Source: a bacterium
GTDB lineage: Bacteria; Krumholzibacteriota; Krumholzibacteriia; LZORAL124-64-63
Assembly (NCBI GenBank): GCA_024223715.1
Contig: JAAEOA010000332.1
Coordinates: 5,407 to 69,406 of the forward strand
DNA: 64,000 nucleotides
Direction: 5' to 3'
The notes beneath the pieces were generated by a model. That model was not told the DNA's origin. It did no database searches and saw nothing but the letters and a program-made list of their open reading frames with translations. Shown piece after piece: positions 19,293 to 28,644 of this stretch; within the stretch, counting starts at the first letter, position 1; every line of letters starts with the position of its first letter. Position numbers and translations under genes: made by a program.

Positions 19293-20876
19293 TTAATATT
19301 TTGACCAACTGCCGCGACACCCGGCCCAAATAGTGATTTCATTCGTTTTTTCGGCACTGGCAGTGGCCACTCTTCTCGAACAAGCCAGCGTGAACCTTCC
19401 CAAAGGGGTATTTAATCGACCTGCCAGCAAAATTTCTGATGACCAATGCCCCCAGTGTCGCGGTAAAACCAAACCCGACAATGGACTTATAGCACTGACC
19501 AGATCGACAGGATCCCCCCAGGCCCATTGATAGGCGACCAAGGCCCGGATTTTTGAAAACCACATTTTTTTAAAACGCACTCCTGCCAGTGAACGCCTGC
19601 CGTCACTCGTACTTCCTGAACGGACGAGACTTCGAAACATGATATCCAGCGACTCACTCTTCTGCTCTCTTTTAAAATCAACGGCCAGTACAGATCTGGT
19701 TTCTGTTTTTATTATCGAGGGAGGCAACCAGGGAAAAGATTCCGACCAGCCAGCCGATTCATTGATTCGATGATTCCACCGGCCCCGGGCTTTCCAATCA
19801 AATTTCAAGGGAACGCTCACTTCGAGATCTAACAACCGTCTTTCATTAACCTTATGTTCGCTCTTCATTTGTGAATTGGTATTTCCTGCAACCAGGGATT
19901 TGATTTTCAACCCCGAAACCAGAGGAATAGCCAGGCGCAAAGCCCAACCAGACCCCAACCACCCCGACAATACACCTGGGCGAAGTGCCATCAATGTGGG
20001 TGCCCCACCATTGGAACCTGCATTCTGCCACTGAAAATCAATTCCGGCTGGCAAACGGCTTCTGATGGAGACCAACCAGGCAGCCCGCAAAACTTCGTCC
20101 TTATCAGTTTTCCAGCCTGCCCACTCGAATCCCAAACTGGACCTATTGTTGGTCAATTTTCCGTTGATTGAACCTCCTTGCATTCCGGTCTGCATGATAT
20201 ACCCACTGGCAAATGAACAAGGACCATAATGCTTTTTAAACTGGAAACCTCGAAACCGTGTGCCGTGATGTTCACCGTACGACTTGCCTTCCAGATAACT
20301 CATCCCCCAGGAATTTCCAATCCAGTTAAATCCCAAACCCCGAACTGAATTCTTTTCCGCTGAAGATGACCACGGACTTATCTGGTTTCGCTCATTTGGC
20401 ATAGAGTTGGCTGCTGCCAAACCACCAGACCGACCAGGCCGATGCACCAGCAATCCATACCCCATACTCATTCCCAATCCCCCAGCCTGAATAATTACCT
20501 GCCCAAATTTAGCGGTAACCGCCCCAGTTAACATACGCTGGTCATTGCTATTTTTTAGCCATTTCCCCCGAAAGCTCAAGGGACCAAAACTACCCTTAAA
20601 TCGCGATGATGTTCGGATTTCGTTTTCTTGTTTTACTGTCCCATGGAAATTCCACTGCAGTCCAGCGGCTATTTCTGCCAAATACCCGGAAGATGGTTGG
20701 GTATCAAAAGGAGAATACTCAGCGGGCATATCCGCCGTTTCCAAGGCTTGAAGAACCTCTTGCATTTCTTCCCTGGAAATATCTTCATCTTCCACCGATA
20801 CCTGAGAAGAGGCACGACCAGCCAGAACCACGATCGAAACCAAAAAAAAACCATAAAACAGTAGATTCCTATTCAC
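19293..20876 (-). CDS. Putative outer-membrane beta-barrel protein
   Basis: Signal peptide (..GRASS-Q), short acidic segment, then many amphipathic beta strands rich in G/W/F; ends in an aromatic residue. Confidence 0.6.
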   Translation of the reverse strand: MNRNLLFYGFFLVSIVVLAGRASSQVSVEDEDISREEMQEVLQALETADMPAEYSPFDTQPSSGYLAEIAAGLQWNFHGTVKQENEIRTSSRFKGSFGPLSFRGKWLKNSNDQRMLTGAVTAKFGQVIIQAGGLGMSMGYGLLVHRPGRSGGLAAANSMPNERNQISPWSSSAEKNSVRGLGFNWIGNSWGMSYLEGKSYGEHHGTRFRGFQFKKHYGPCSFASGYIMQTGMQGGSINGKLTNNRSSLGFEWAGWKTDKDEVLRAAWLVSIRSRLPAGIDFQWQNAGSNGGAPTLMALRPGVLSGWLGSGWALRLAIPLVSGLKIKSLVAGNTNSQMKSEHKVNERRLLDLEVSVPLKFDWKARGRWNHRINESAGWSESFPWLPPSIIKTETRSVLAVDFKREQKSESLDIMFRSLVRSGSTSDGRRSLAGVRFKKMWFSKIRALVAYQWAWGDPVDLVSAISPLSGLVLPRHWGHWSSEILLAGRLNTPLGRFTLACSRRVATASAEKTNEITIWAGCRGSWSKY

Positions 20877-21700
20877 CTTTTTTTGCTCCCTCCAAACCGA
20901 CCCAGAGAAAATTCCAAACGATGGGTAATCCCTAATTGTGGGTGAACCAGGTGGCTTGTACGAAGCAATAACAATCCTTTTGAAAGTGATAGCTGAGGCC
21001 CAAGGCTTCCGGTGGCCAAATCAGTCCTCATAGCCAAACCAACTCCATCTGAAAGAACAAAAAATAATTGAAAACCAATTTGGGGAACACCATCACCATT
21101 TCGGTCAACAACTGTTGCAAAAGCAAAATCTTCCCCTTCAAAAACCCCTTTCAGGAAATTGGTCCGTTCAGTAAAATTCACATTTTCCGATGAAGAGAAT
21201 ACAGGCCATCGAAGTTCCAAATAGCAGGAAAAGCCGGTCCCATTGTATGGATACCTGAATAGGGCAAAATAGTTTTTCTTTGTTGGTTCCTGCCTTTTAC
21301 CCAATTCCTGAATTGAATGGGTAGTTCCCATTCCCCACTGGGCGTTTTGTCCCCAAAAAACATCAGCTTGAAAGCGGTTTTCGACAAAATCTCCCAGGCC
21401 TGTTTTTTGCCAGGCAAAGATGAATGCCCAGGGAATTCCATGCGTTGTAAGCTGGGTTTCAAAACTCAAGAACTGCTGTTTAAGCTCATGCATTTCAAAC
21501 AATCGGCCCTGGCCTGCTGACCATAGATAAAAATCATTACTATGGTCGTTTTGATTTGCAGGGCTCATCAAATCATGAACCAGGTTTGGCGGAATCAGCC
21601 AACTATCGTTAAAATCTTTAAGGCCACTGCTCATGGCCGAAACCGGAATCATCAAAAAGAACAGAATGCCTGAGCAGATACCAAGGTGGCTTCTTTCCAT
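20873..21700 (-). CDS. Putative small outer-membrane beta-barrel (PorV/PorP-like size), HPxLG C-terminal motif
   Basis: Signal peptide, alternating beta pattern and C-terminal HLVHPQLGITHRLEFSLG. Confidence 0.55.
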   Translation of the reverse strand: MERSHLGICSGILFFLMIPVSAMSSGLKDFNDSWLIPPNLVHDLMSPANQNDHSNDFYLWSAGQGRLFEMHELKQQFLSFETQLTTHGIPWAFIFAWQKTGLGDFVENRFQADVFWGQNAQWGMGTTHSIQELGKRQEPTKKNYFALFRYPYNGTGFSCYLELRWPVFSSSENVNFTERTNFLKGVFEGEDFAFATVVDRNGDGVPQIGFQLFFVLSDGVGLAMRTDLATGSLGPQLSLSKGLLLLRTSHLVHPQLGITHRLEFSLGRFGGSKKR

Positions 21701-23418
21701 TAACGAACCACCACCAAAGCCTTGGCCACCGGAAAAATACTGGATTCATCTTCACCGGAAAACAAAAGGACAATGTAAGCCCCTTTGGTTACCTTTTTCC
21801 CAGAATCATGACAGCCATCCCATATTCGATCCTGGAGACCTGCACCACTGCTTTGGCCTCCCAAATCCCGGATTTTTGAACCCCACAAATCGAAAATCTG
21901 CAAATGCCAAATTGAAATATCATCTTTCAATTCAAACCGAAAATGAACCGCACGTTCCCCTGCTGAAACATCCAGAACTTTTGGCTCTACAACCAGCTCT
22001 ACAGCCGGACCATCCATATCCCTAACACTGTTTAAGCAGGCCGGAGTTCCACCTTCAATGGCGATACTGCTTCTCCATTGAGACCAGCGAGGGGATGCGA
22101 CGAGATGGGACATCCGTTCCCACGACTTCCCTCCGCCATCTGGCAAAGACTGTTCCCCAGGCAGGAATACCTGGTCCAAAACCACTCCCGTTGAGTCCGC
22201 CAGCAGAACACGGTCAGCAAAAGACCGGTCTTCTGGCGGATTGTTGTTCAGGGACGGCCATGAAGAGGCCAATTCATACAAGCACAATCCCAGGGTTTGC
22301 GGTGGACAATCAACGACCAGACCTTGGTTCAAATTTGATTCATGCCACTGCAGTAGTGCCAAAGAATCCTGAGCAAAAACCACCAACTCTCCAGCACCCA
22401 GGAGAATTTCTGGCATAACCTTCCAGTCACCTTCTTCATCTCGCAAAGAAAAATCTGCCAGATTAACAGCTTCGGAACCAACTTGCAGTTCAATCCACTC
22501 CCCTTGATGTGCCGACGGGGCATGCATGACTTCAGTCAGAAACAAGGGACCTGGTCCCACTTGAATGGACTTCAACTCCACTCGCAAAGGAGGTTCCGTA
22601 ACCAAGGCATCCAATTCAAGATAAACCCTATGAAATCCTGTTTCAGGAGGTTCAAAAGAAACCATCAGCTGACAAATCTGGCCGGCTTCACATCCAGCAA
22701 AAACTGTTTGCACAATGTTAAAAATATTTCCATCGGAGTTCTCAAGAATAAGAGTGGCATTGGAAACCCCCAGGTCTTCAATGCCAGAATTTTGGAATTC
22801 AAAAACAGCCTGAACCGGTTCACCCGCAGCAGTCACAACCAATGGATTGTACTGGGTCGAAATCAATTCCAGTTCATAATCAAGAAAGTTCAACTCGCCC
22901 GGGGTGGGTTCAGTGGAAACAAAATCTGCTTCATTGTTTTGGGTGTCTCTACCGTCCGGACGACGCGATAAAGACAGACCCGGCTGCAAACCCACCGCCG
23001 AAATTTCCTGTAATTCATCATCGGACAATGAACCGTACCCAACCAAATCCAAAACTTCCTCATCTCTGACAACCCTAATTGCATCTGGACCATTTTGAAG
23101 CCCAAGCCATGCCTCAGCATCACTCAAAGCTGAGCCCACCCAATTGCGATCAACCAGCAAAAAGAGTTGACCAGGATTCAGAAAAAAGTCTTCCTGGGCC
23201 TGCCATCGAGTCATCCAGGGCAGCCCCACGGAACCGTTGGCAAATTGAAACTCAATGCCATTCAAATTGATTGCTTGGGACCCATTATTCATGAATTCAA
23301 CAAATTCCTGGCCTGAGTCAGCACCTTCAGGGTCAGGTAGAAATTCATTGATTACCAAACCGGCATCAGCCGAGGCATATGAACTTAAAAACAAACAAAG
23401 GAAAATAAGGAAAAACAA
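21700..23418 (-). CDS. Secreted lamin-tail-domain protein with FlgD-Ig/T9SS-like C-terminal domain
   Basis: Two LTD motifs (LVINEFLPDP..EFVEFMN; LFLTEVM..EWIEL) with PTPG and GTPA ends; CTD IFDLWGSKIRDL...IWDG..DSGKKV..GAYIV. Confidence 0.8.
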   Translation of the reverse strand: MFFLIFLCLFLSSYASADAGLVINEFLPDPEGADSGQEFVEFMNNGSQAINLNGIEFQFANGSVGLPWMTRWQAQEDFFLNPGQLFLLVDRNWVGSALSDAEAWLGLQNGPDAIRVVRDEEVLDLVGYGSLSDDELQEISAVGLQPGLSLSRRPDGRDTQNNEADFVSTEPTPGELNFLDYELELISTQYNPLVVTAAGEPVQAVFEFQNSGIEDLGVSNATLILENSDGNIFNIVQTVFAGCEAGQICQLMVSFEPPETGFHRVYLELDALVTEPPLRVELKSIQVGPGPLFLTEVMHAPSAHQGEWIELQVGSEAVNLADFSLRDEEGDWKVMPEILLGAGELVVFAQDSLALLQWHESNLNQGLVVDCPPQTLGLCLYELASSWPSLNNNPPEDRSFADRVLLADSTGVVLDQVFLPGEQSLPDGGGKSWERMSHLVASPRWSQWRSSIAIEGGTPACLNSVRDMDGPAVELVVEPKVLDVSAGERAVHFRFELKDDISIWHLQIFDLWGSKIRDLGGQSSGAGLQDRIWDGCHDSGKKVTKGAYIVLLFSGEDESSIFPVAKALVVVR

Positions 23419-23448
23419 ATCATACGCAATCCCGGGAGGGGATAAGAA

Positions 23449-25773
23449 TCAAAGAAGTCCGTGGCGTCTACGCAAGAACCATTCACACACCAGAAGTAGA
23501 ACAACCAGAACCAGAAAGGGCCAACCAGCTACAGGATCCCACTGTTTTCGGTTGGAGACACGCTTGCTTTCCCAGGACAATTGAGCCAACTGGTTGACCA
23601 ATTCAGTTATAGAATCCTGAGTGGTCAAATCGATGTACCGACCACCGGATAGTCGATTGGCAAGCAGTTTCAATCTGCGTGCATCCTGTCGGTTCTGAGT
23701 TTCTTCCACTGAGTGACTGGTGACTACCAGTTGGGCCTCAGTGCTTTCCACTTCCTGATCTCCGTGGCCTACCAATTTTATACCGTACCGGCCAGGTGGT
23801 ATGGCGTGCAGGTCAAATCCATATTGCTGACTTTCGGGATCAAAACCAGTAGATGGATACGTTTGTTCCGAAAAATCTTTTGAATTTTCATTCAGGGAAT
23901 GAACCATCAAACTGACCCGGCCATCAGCAATATTTTGTCCCCTCATATCCAGCCACTGACCAGCCAGGAGAACAGGCTCACCTTCCTGGAAAAAAGGCTG
24001 ACGTCCAACAAATGACAGGCCTGACTCTTCAGTCCCATCAGCAAGCCAAACCAGTAGGTTTCGTAGCAATAACCGCACTCCCGAATTTTCGATCTCCCGG
24101 GATTCAGTTTCCACTCGAGCCCAAAAGGCCATCTCCCAGAGGCGACTGCCAGACCAAAAGACGGTCCTTCCTTTTCCATTTTCACCAGTTACCAGCAAAG
24201 GTTTCTGTTTATCCGCGCCCTGAGCACTTGACGATACGGTCAGTAAAGTTTGAACCCCGGGCTTGGCTGTATTCTCCAGAATAGAAAGTACCGGTGGGGC
24301 TTGTTTCAGGAATTCCATTCCACTGCCCTGCCCAAACCCGGAAAATACAGGATGATCGGTGGCTGCATCAGGTGCCGATGCAAACCAGGGACCTTTCACC
24401 CTTCGGGAGGAGGAAAGTGAAACAGGCAACAACTCTCGCAATCCATTAGGAAGATTTTTTACCAAGGACGCTGAATCTTCTCCTGTTGGAGGTAAAACCC
24501 AAAGCCCCAGCCCCGCCCTGACGGCCTCACTAAGCAATTTATAATCCAGATGGTTTTGGCCCCCGCCCCATCCCAAAAGGATCACCCCATCATAAGATTG
24601 CCATTTTTCCAGATCATTCGGCTCCACAAATCGAATCATGCTATCTGCAAAAACCAGCCCCTGTTCAGTGGAATAAACAACGTCCAGAGCCAAACGAGTT
24701 TCTCGTTGAGCAGCTTGAGCAAGAAAACGAACATTCCATCCGGGGCGGTCAGCCAACAGCAACAAACGGCTTCGGGCTTTATGGATGTCAACCCCAAAGG
24801 ACACTTGATTGTTGCTCAGGAAACGTTCGTTGTCGAAACTATCAGCCTGATTTCCCCCCGCTGCACCAAGAACCAAAGGAGAAACCTTTAATTCAAAAAC
24901 CTGCAAACCAAGCTTATCGGGCACGACCGAAATTTCAAAATTTGTTACTTCTGATTCGAGTTTGATATCTTTTTCGGCCAGAATTTTTTCACCCTGCATC
25001 AACCAAACTGTCGCTGTTTCATTTGGCCGTACAGCAAATTGGTTTTGAACCACGGTTGCTTCAAAAGTCACCCGGTCACCCTGAAAAGCGGTCTGAGGGT
25101 AACGTAAATCAGAAATAATTCTATCAGGTGTCCCTTGGGCATCTCCCACACCACCAATAAAGAACTGAGCCGATGAATGAAGCCTCCTGTCAGGTTGAAG
25201 ACCATTCTGTTCCCCAGCGGAAATTGTTTCATTACCATCACTCAGAAGAACAACCGCCTGAACCGGGTCTGCAGCCAAACGAAGATTGACTCCCCGCAGA
25301 AGAGATTCCAGAAAAGTTCCATGATTCACTGGGCGACCAATGACAGGATCTGCCATGTCAAATTCATTTAACTCTTCGAGGCCATTACCTCTAAACATAC
25401 GGCTTGAAAAATTAACATCTAATTCAGTCAGTGAGGCTTCAACCTTGCTCATTACATCAAGGGCAACCTCCCAACGACTAAAGGAGCCATCACCATCAGA
25501 GGGTAAATCCATACTGGCTGAGTCTTCAACTACAAAAACCAGTTCGGGTGCTATTTCAGTTGAAAAAACCCGGCTCAACAGAGGCGCCCCAACCGCAAGG
25601 ACCAACAAAAGCAGTGCTATGGAACGAAAAACGACCAGAATCTGCCTCAACCCCTTACTGGGGTCAGGCTTACTCTGGCCGTAAAAACGTACTGTCAGAA
25701 AGACTGCCCCTGCTGCTGTTACCAGCAGCAAGGGCCAGATCCAGGCCGGTGATGTCCAGAGAACAGACACCAA
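23449..25773 (-). CDS. Membrane-anchored protein with VWA-like and GATase-like domains
   Basis: Two N-terminal TMs, EDSASMD and LLSDG MIDAS-like motifs, a YDGVIL..GLGLWV Rossmann-like segment, and a C-terminal TM followed by EWFLRRRHGLL. Confidence 0.8.
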   Translation of the reverse strand: MVSVLWTSPAWIWPLLLVTAAGAVFLTVRFYGQSKPDPSKGLRQILVVFRSIALLLLVLAVGAPLLSRVFSTEIAPELVFVVEDSASMDLPSDGDGSFSRWEVALDVMSKVEASLTELDVNFSSRMFRGNGLEELNEFDMADPVIGRPVNHGTFLESLLRGVNLRLAADPVQAVVLLSDGNETISAGEQNGLQPDRRLHSSAQFFIGGVGDAQGTPDRIISDLRYPQTAFQGDRVTFEATVVQNQFAVRPNETATVWLMQGEKILAEKDIKLESEVTNFEISVVPDKLGLQVFELKVSPLVLGAAGGNQADSFDNERFLSNNQVSFGVDIHKARSRLLLLADRPGWNVRFLAQAAQRETRLALDVVYSTEQGLVFADSMIRFVEPNDLEKWQSYDGVILLGWGGGQNHLDYKLLSEAVRAGLGLWVLPPTGEDSASLVKNLPNGLRELLPVSLSSSRRVKGPWFASAPDAATDHPVFSGFGQGSGMEFLKQAPPVLSILENTAKPGVQTLLTVSSSAQGADKQKPLLVTGENGKGRTVFWSGSRLWEMAFWARVETESREIENSGVRLLLRNLLVWLADGTEESGLSFVGRQPFFQEGEPVLLAGQWLDMRGQNIADGRVSLMVHSLNENSKDFSEQTYPSTGFDPESQQYGFDLHAIPPGRYGIKLVGHGDQEVESTEAQLVVTSHSVEETQNRQDARRLKLLANRLSGGRYIDLTTQDSITELVNQLAQLSWESKRVSNRKQWDPVAGWPFLVLVVLLLVCEWFLRRRHGLL

Positions 25774-28467
25774 CTATTTTCCGGCTTCGAGTTTTTCCCG
25801 AACAACTACCTGAGCGGCAGCCAAACGAGCAATAGGCACGCGGAATGGCGAACAGCTAACGTAGTCCAGGCCCACTTTGTGGCAGAATTCCACACTGCTG
25901 GGGTCTCCTCCATGTTCACCGCAAATGCCCAGGTGAATATCCGGGTTGGTTTGGCGGCCTTTCACACAGGCCATTTCGACCAATTGTCCAACACCGGTTT
26001 GATCCAACTGCTGGAACGGATCGCTTGGCAAAATACCCTTGGCAACATATTCACCCAGGAATCCACCAGCATCGTCACGACTATAACCGAAAGTCATCTG
26101 GGTCAGATCGTTAGTCCCAAAGCTGAAGAAGTCTGCCACTTCAGCCATTTTATCGGCCATCAAAGCTGCCCGGGGAATTTCAATCATAGTACCAACCAGG
26201 TAGGTAACTTCAGATTTGTTCTCAGAAATAATTGCATCGGCAATACGAATGGCCATTTCCCTCAAATCACCCAACTCGCGTTGAGTCCCTGTCAGAGGAA
26301 TCATAATTTCAGGTCGCACATCGATGTTGTTCTTTTTGACTGCAACAGCAGCAGCAATAATGGCTTCAACTTGCATTTCATAAATTTCAGGGTAGGTCAG
26401 CCCCAAGCGACAGCCACGGTGACCCAACATGGGATTTTCTTCATGCAGAGCATCAACTTTTTGAGTAATTACGGAAACATCCACACCCAGTTCATCGGCC
26501 ACACCTTGCTGACCAGCAGCATCATGAGGCAGGAACTCGTGCAAAGGTGGATCCAGCAGGCGAATGGTAACCGGCAAGCCGTCCATTTCCTCAAAGATGC
26601 CTTCAAAATCAGACTGTTGCATTGGCTTTATTTTCACCAGCGCTTCGCGCCGTTCTTCAACATTATCAGCAAGAATCATTTGACGCATTTTCAGAATGCG
26701 ATCTTCACCGAAGAACATGTGTTCAGTCCGGCACAAGCCAATGCCCTGAGCCCCGAATTCACGAGCCTGTTTGCTGTCAGCAGGACTGTCAGCATTGGTC
26801 CGAACTTTCAAACGACGGGTCGCATCGGCCCAGGTCATAATTTTTTCCAGATTGAGGTCATCCATGTGAGGGGGAACCAGATTGGGAGCGCCTTCGATAA
26901 CCGAACCAGTAGTACCATTAATTGTTACCATATCGCCCGCTTTGAAATTAACACCACCAATAGACATAGTTCCGGCAGCAGTATCAACCAAAAGTTCACC
27001 GCAACCCGCAACACAGGGTTTACCCATTCCGCGAGCCACCACAGCGGCATGACTGGTCATTCCGCCACGGCTGGTCAGGATTCCCTGAGCCACATTCATT
27101 CCGGCAATATCTTCAGGACTGGTTTCACGACGAACCAAAATAACTTTTTTCCCAGTTTCAGATTCCGTAACAGCATCTTCAGCACTGAAAACAACCGTTC
27201 CCTGAGCTGCACCAGGACTGGCTGGCAAACCGGTTCCCAGAACCTTCAGTTCAGCATCTGGATCAATTTGATCGTGCAGCAACTGGTCCAGGTGTTCGGG
27301 CTCAACCAGAAGCAAGGCACCATTGGAATCAACCAAACCTTCGGATTCCATTTCTGCAGCCACACGAATTGCAGCCACACCGGTACGTTTGCCGCTCCGG
27401 GTTTGCAGCATCCAAAGACGACCATCCTGGATGGTGAACTCAATGTCCTGCATGTCCTTGTAATGTTTTTCCAAGCGTAAACGAATGGCGTTCAAAGCTT
27501 CATAAGATTCAGGCATGAGCTCTTCAAGAGTTTTCAAATCTTTGGCTTCGTTTCCCTCAGGCAAAAGATCGCGACCATGATTGTTCAACTGTTGAGGCGT
27601 CCGGGTCCCTGCTACCACATCTTCACCCTGGGCATCAACCAGGAATTCACCGTAAAAGTAGTTCTCTCCATTGGATGGATCACGGGTGAAAGCAACACCC
27701 GTGGCACTGTTTTGCCCCATGTTACCAAAAACCATAGCCTGAACATTAACCGCAGTTCCCCATTCTCCGGGAATATGATTGATTCGGCGATATTCAATGG
27801 CCCGTTCCACATTCCAACTTTTAAACACTGCTTCAATGCCGCCCCAGAGTTGTTCAAAAGGATCTTTTGGGAAATCCTGGTGAGTCTCTTCCTTAATAAT
27901 GCTTTTGAAGGTTCCAATTAGCTCTTTCAGATCGTCAACTGACAAGTCTGTATCGAGTTTAACGCCACGGTCCTCTTTGATTGCGTCGATGGCATGTTCG
28001 AATTTTTCACCTTCTACGCCCATAACCACGTCGCCATACATCTGTACCAGGCGTCGGTAGCTGTCAAAACTAAATCGTTCGTTACCACTAACAGCAGCCA
28101 GACCTTGAACCGTATCATCATTCAGACCTAAATTCAGGACTGTATCCATCATGCCGGGCATGGAAACCCGTGCACCCGAACGAACAGAAAAGAGTAAAGG
28201 ATCGGCAGCATTGGCGAATTTTTTTCCCATGACTGCTTCAACTTTTGCCAAAGCTTCTTTGACTTCAATTTTTAGCTCGTTGGAAAGAACATGAGTTCGT
28301 TGATATTCAGTGCATTGTTCTGTAGTGATGGTAAAACCAGGAGGCACTGGAATATTTATCCCTGTCATTTCAGCCAGATTGGCACCTTTGCCGCCCAGCA
28401 GGTTTTTCATTGTCGCATTGCCATCAGCTTTACCGTCACCGAAGAAAAACACTCTCTTGCTGTTCAT
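25774..28467 (-). CDS. ppdK: Pyruvate, phosphate dikinase
   Basis: LLGGKGANLAEM, SVRSGARVSMPGMMDT, GGMTSHAAVVARG, GIGLCRTEHMF and GICGEHGGDP; ATG 28467 after GGAG. Confidence 0.98.
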   Translation of the reverse strand: MNSKRVFFFGDGKADGNATMKNLLGGKGANLAEMTGINIPVPPGFTITTEQCTEYQRTHVLSNELKIEVKEALAKVEAVMGKKFANAADPLLFSVRSGARVSMPGMMDTVLNLGLNDDTVQGLAAVSGNERFSFDSYRRLVQMYGDVVMGVEGEKFEHAIDAIKEDRGVKLDTDLSVDDLKELIGTFKSIIKEETHQDFPKDPFEQLWGGIEAVFKSWNVERAIEYRRINHIPGEWGTAVNVQAMVFGNMGQNSATGVAFTRDPSNGENYFYGEFLVDAQGEDVVAGTRTPQQLNNHGRDLLPEGNEAKDLKTLEELMPESYEALNAIRLRLEKHYKDMQDIEFTIQDGRLWMLQTRSGKRTGVAAIRVAAEMESEGLVDSNGALLLVEPEHLDQLLHDQIDPDAELKVLGTGLPASPGAAQGTVVFSAEDAVTESETGKKVILVRRETSPEDIAGMNVAQGILTSRGGMTSHAAVVARGMGKPCVAGCGELLVDTAAGTMSIGGVNFKAGDMVTINGTTGSVIEGAPNLVPPHMDDLNLEKIMTWADATRRLKVRTNADSPADSKQAREFGAQGIGLCRTEHMFFGEDRILKMRQMILADNVEERREALVKIKPMQQSDFEGIFEEMDGLPVTIRLLDPPLHEFLPHDAAGQQGVADELGVDVSVITQKVDALHEENPMLGHRGCRLGLTYPEIYEMQVEAIIAAAVAVKKNNIDVRPEIMIPLTGTQRELGDLREMAIRIADAIISENKSEVTYLVGTMIEIPRAALMADKMAEVADFFSFGTNDLTQMTFGYSRDDAGGFLGEYVAKGILPSDPFQQLDQTGVGQLVEMACVKGRQTNPDIHLGICGEHGGDPSSVEFCHKVGLDYVSCSPFRVPIARLAAAQVVVREKLEAGK

Positions 28468-28571
28468 GATCACTCCATAGGAAAGAGTCATGGCCAGACC
28501 CCGGCTTACCCGACGCCTATACCTAGTTTAGTTGTACATTGTGCAAATAGCACCCTTATTGCACTAGCGTC

Positions 28572-28610
28572 AAATAAAAAACACGGTTCCGGCCTGAGAC
28601 CGAAACCGTG
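28572..28610 (-). terminator. Intrinsic terminator after the lipoprotein/BNR operon
   Basis: CACGGTTTCGG..CCGGAACCGTG followed by TTTTTTATTT. Confidence 0.85.
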
Positions 28611-28644
28611 ATGGTTGACTTTGCCCCAAATATTTCATCAGGAT

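Noticed and set aside
25879-27480. 533-aa plus-strand ORF
   Set aside because: Antisense shadow of ppdK caused by codon bias; no protein-like motifs
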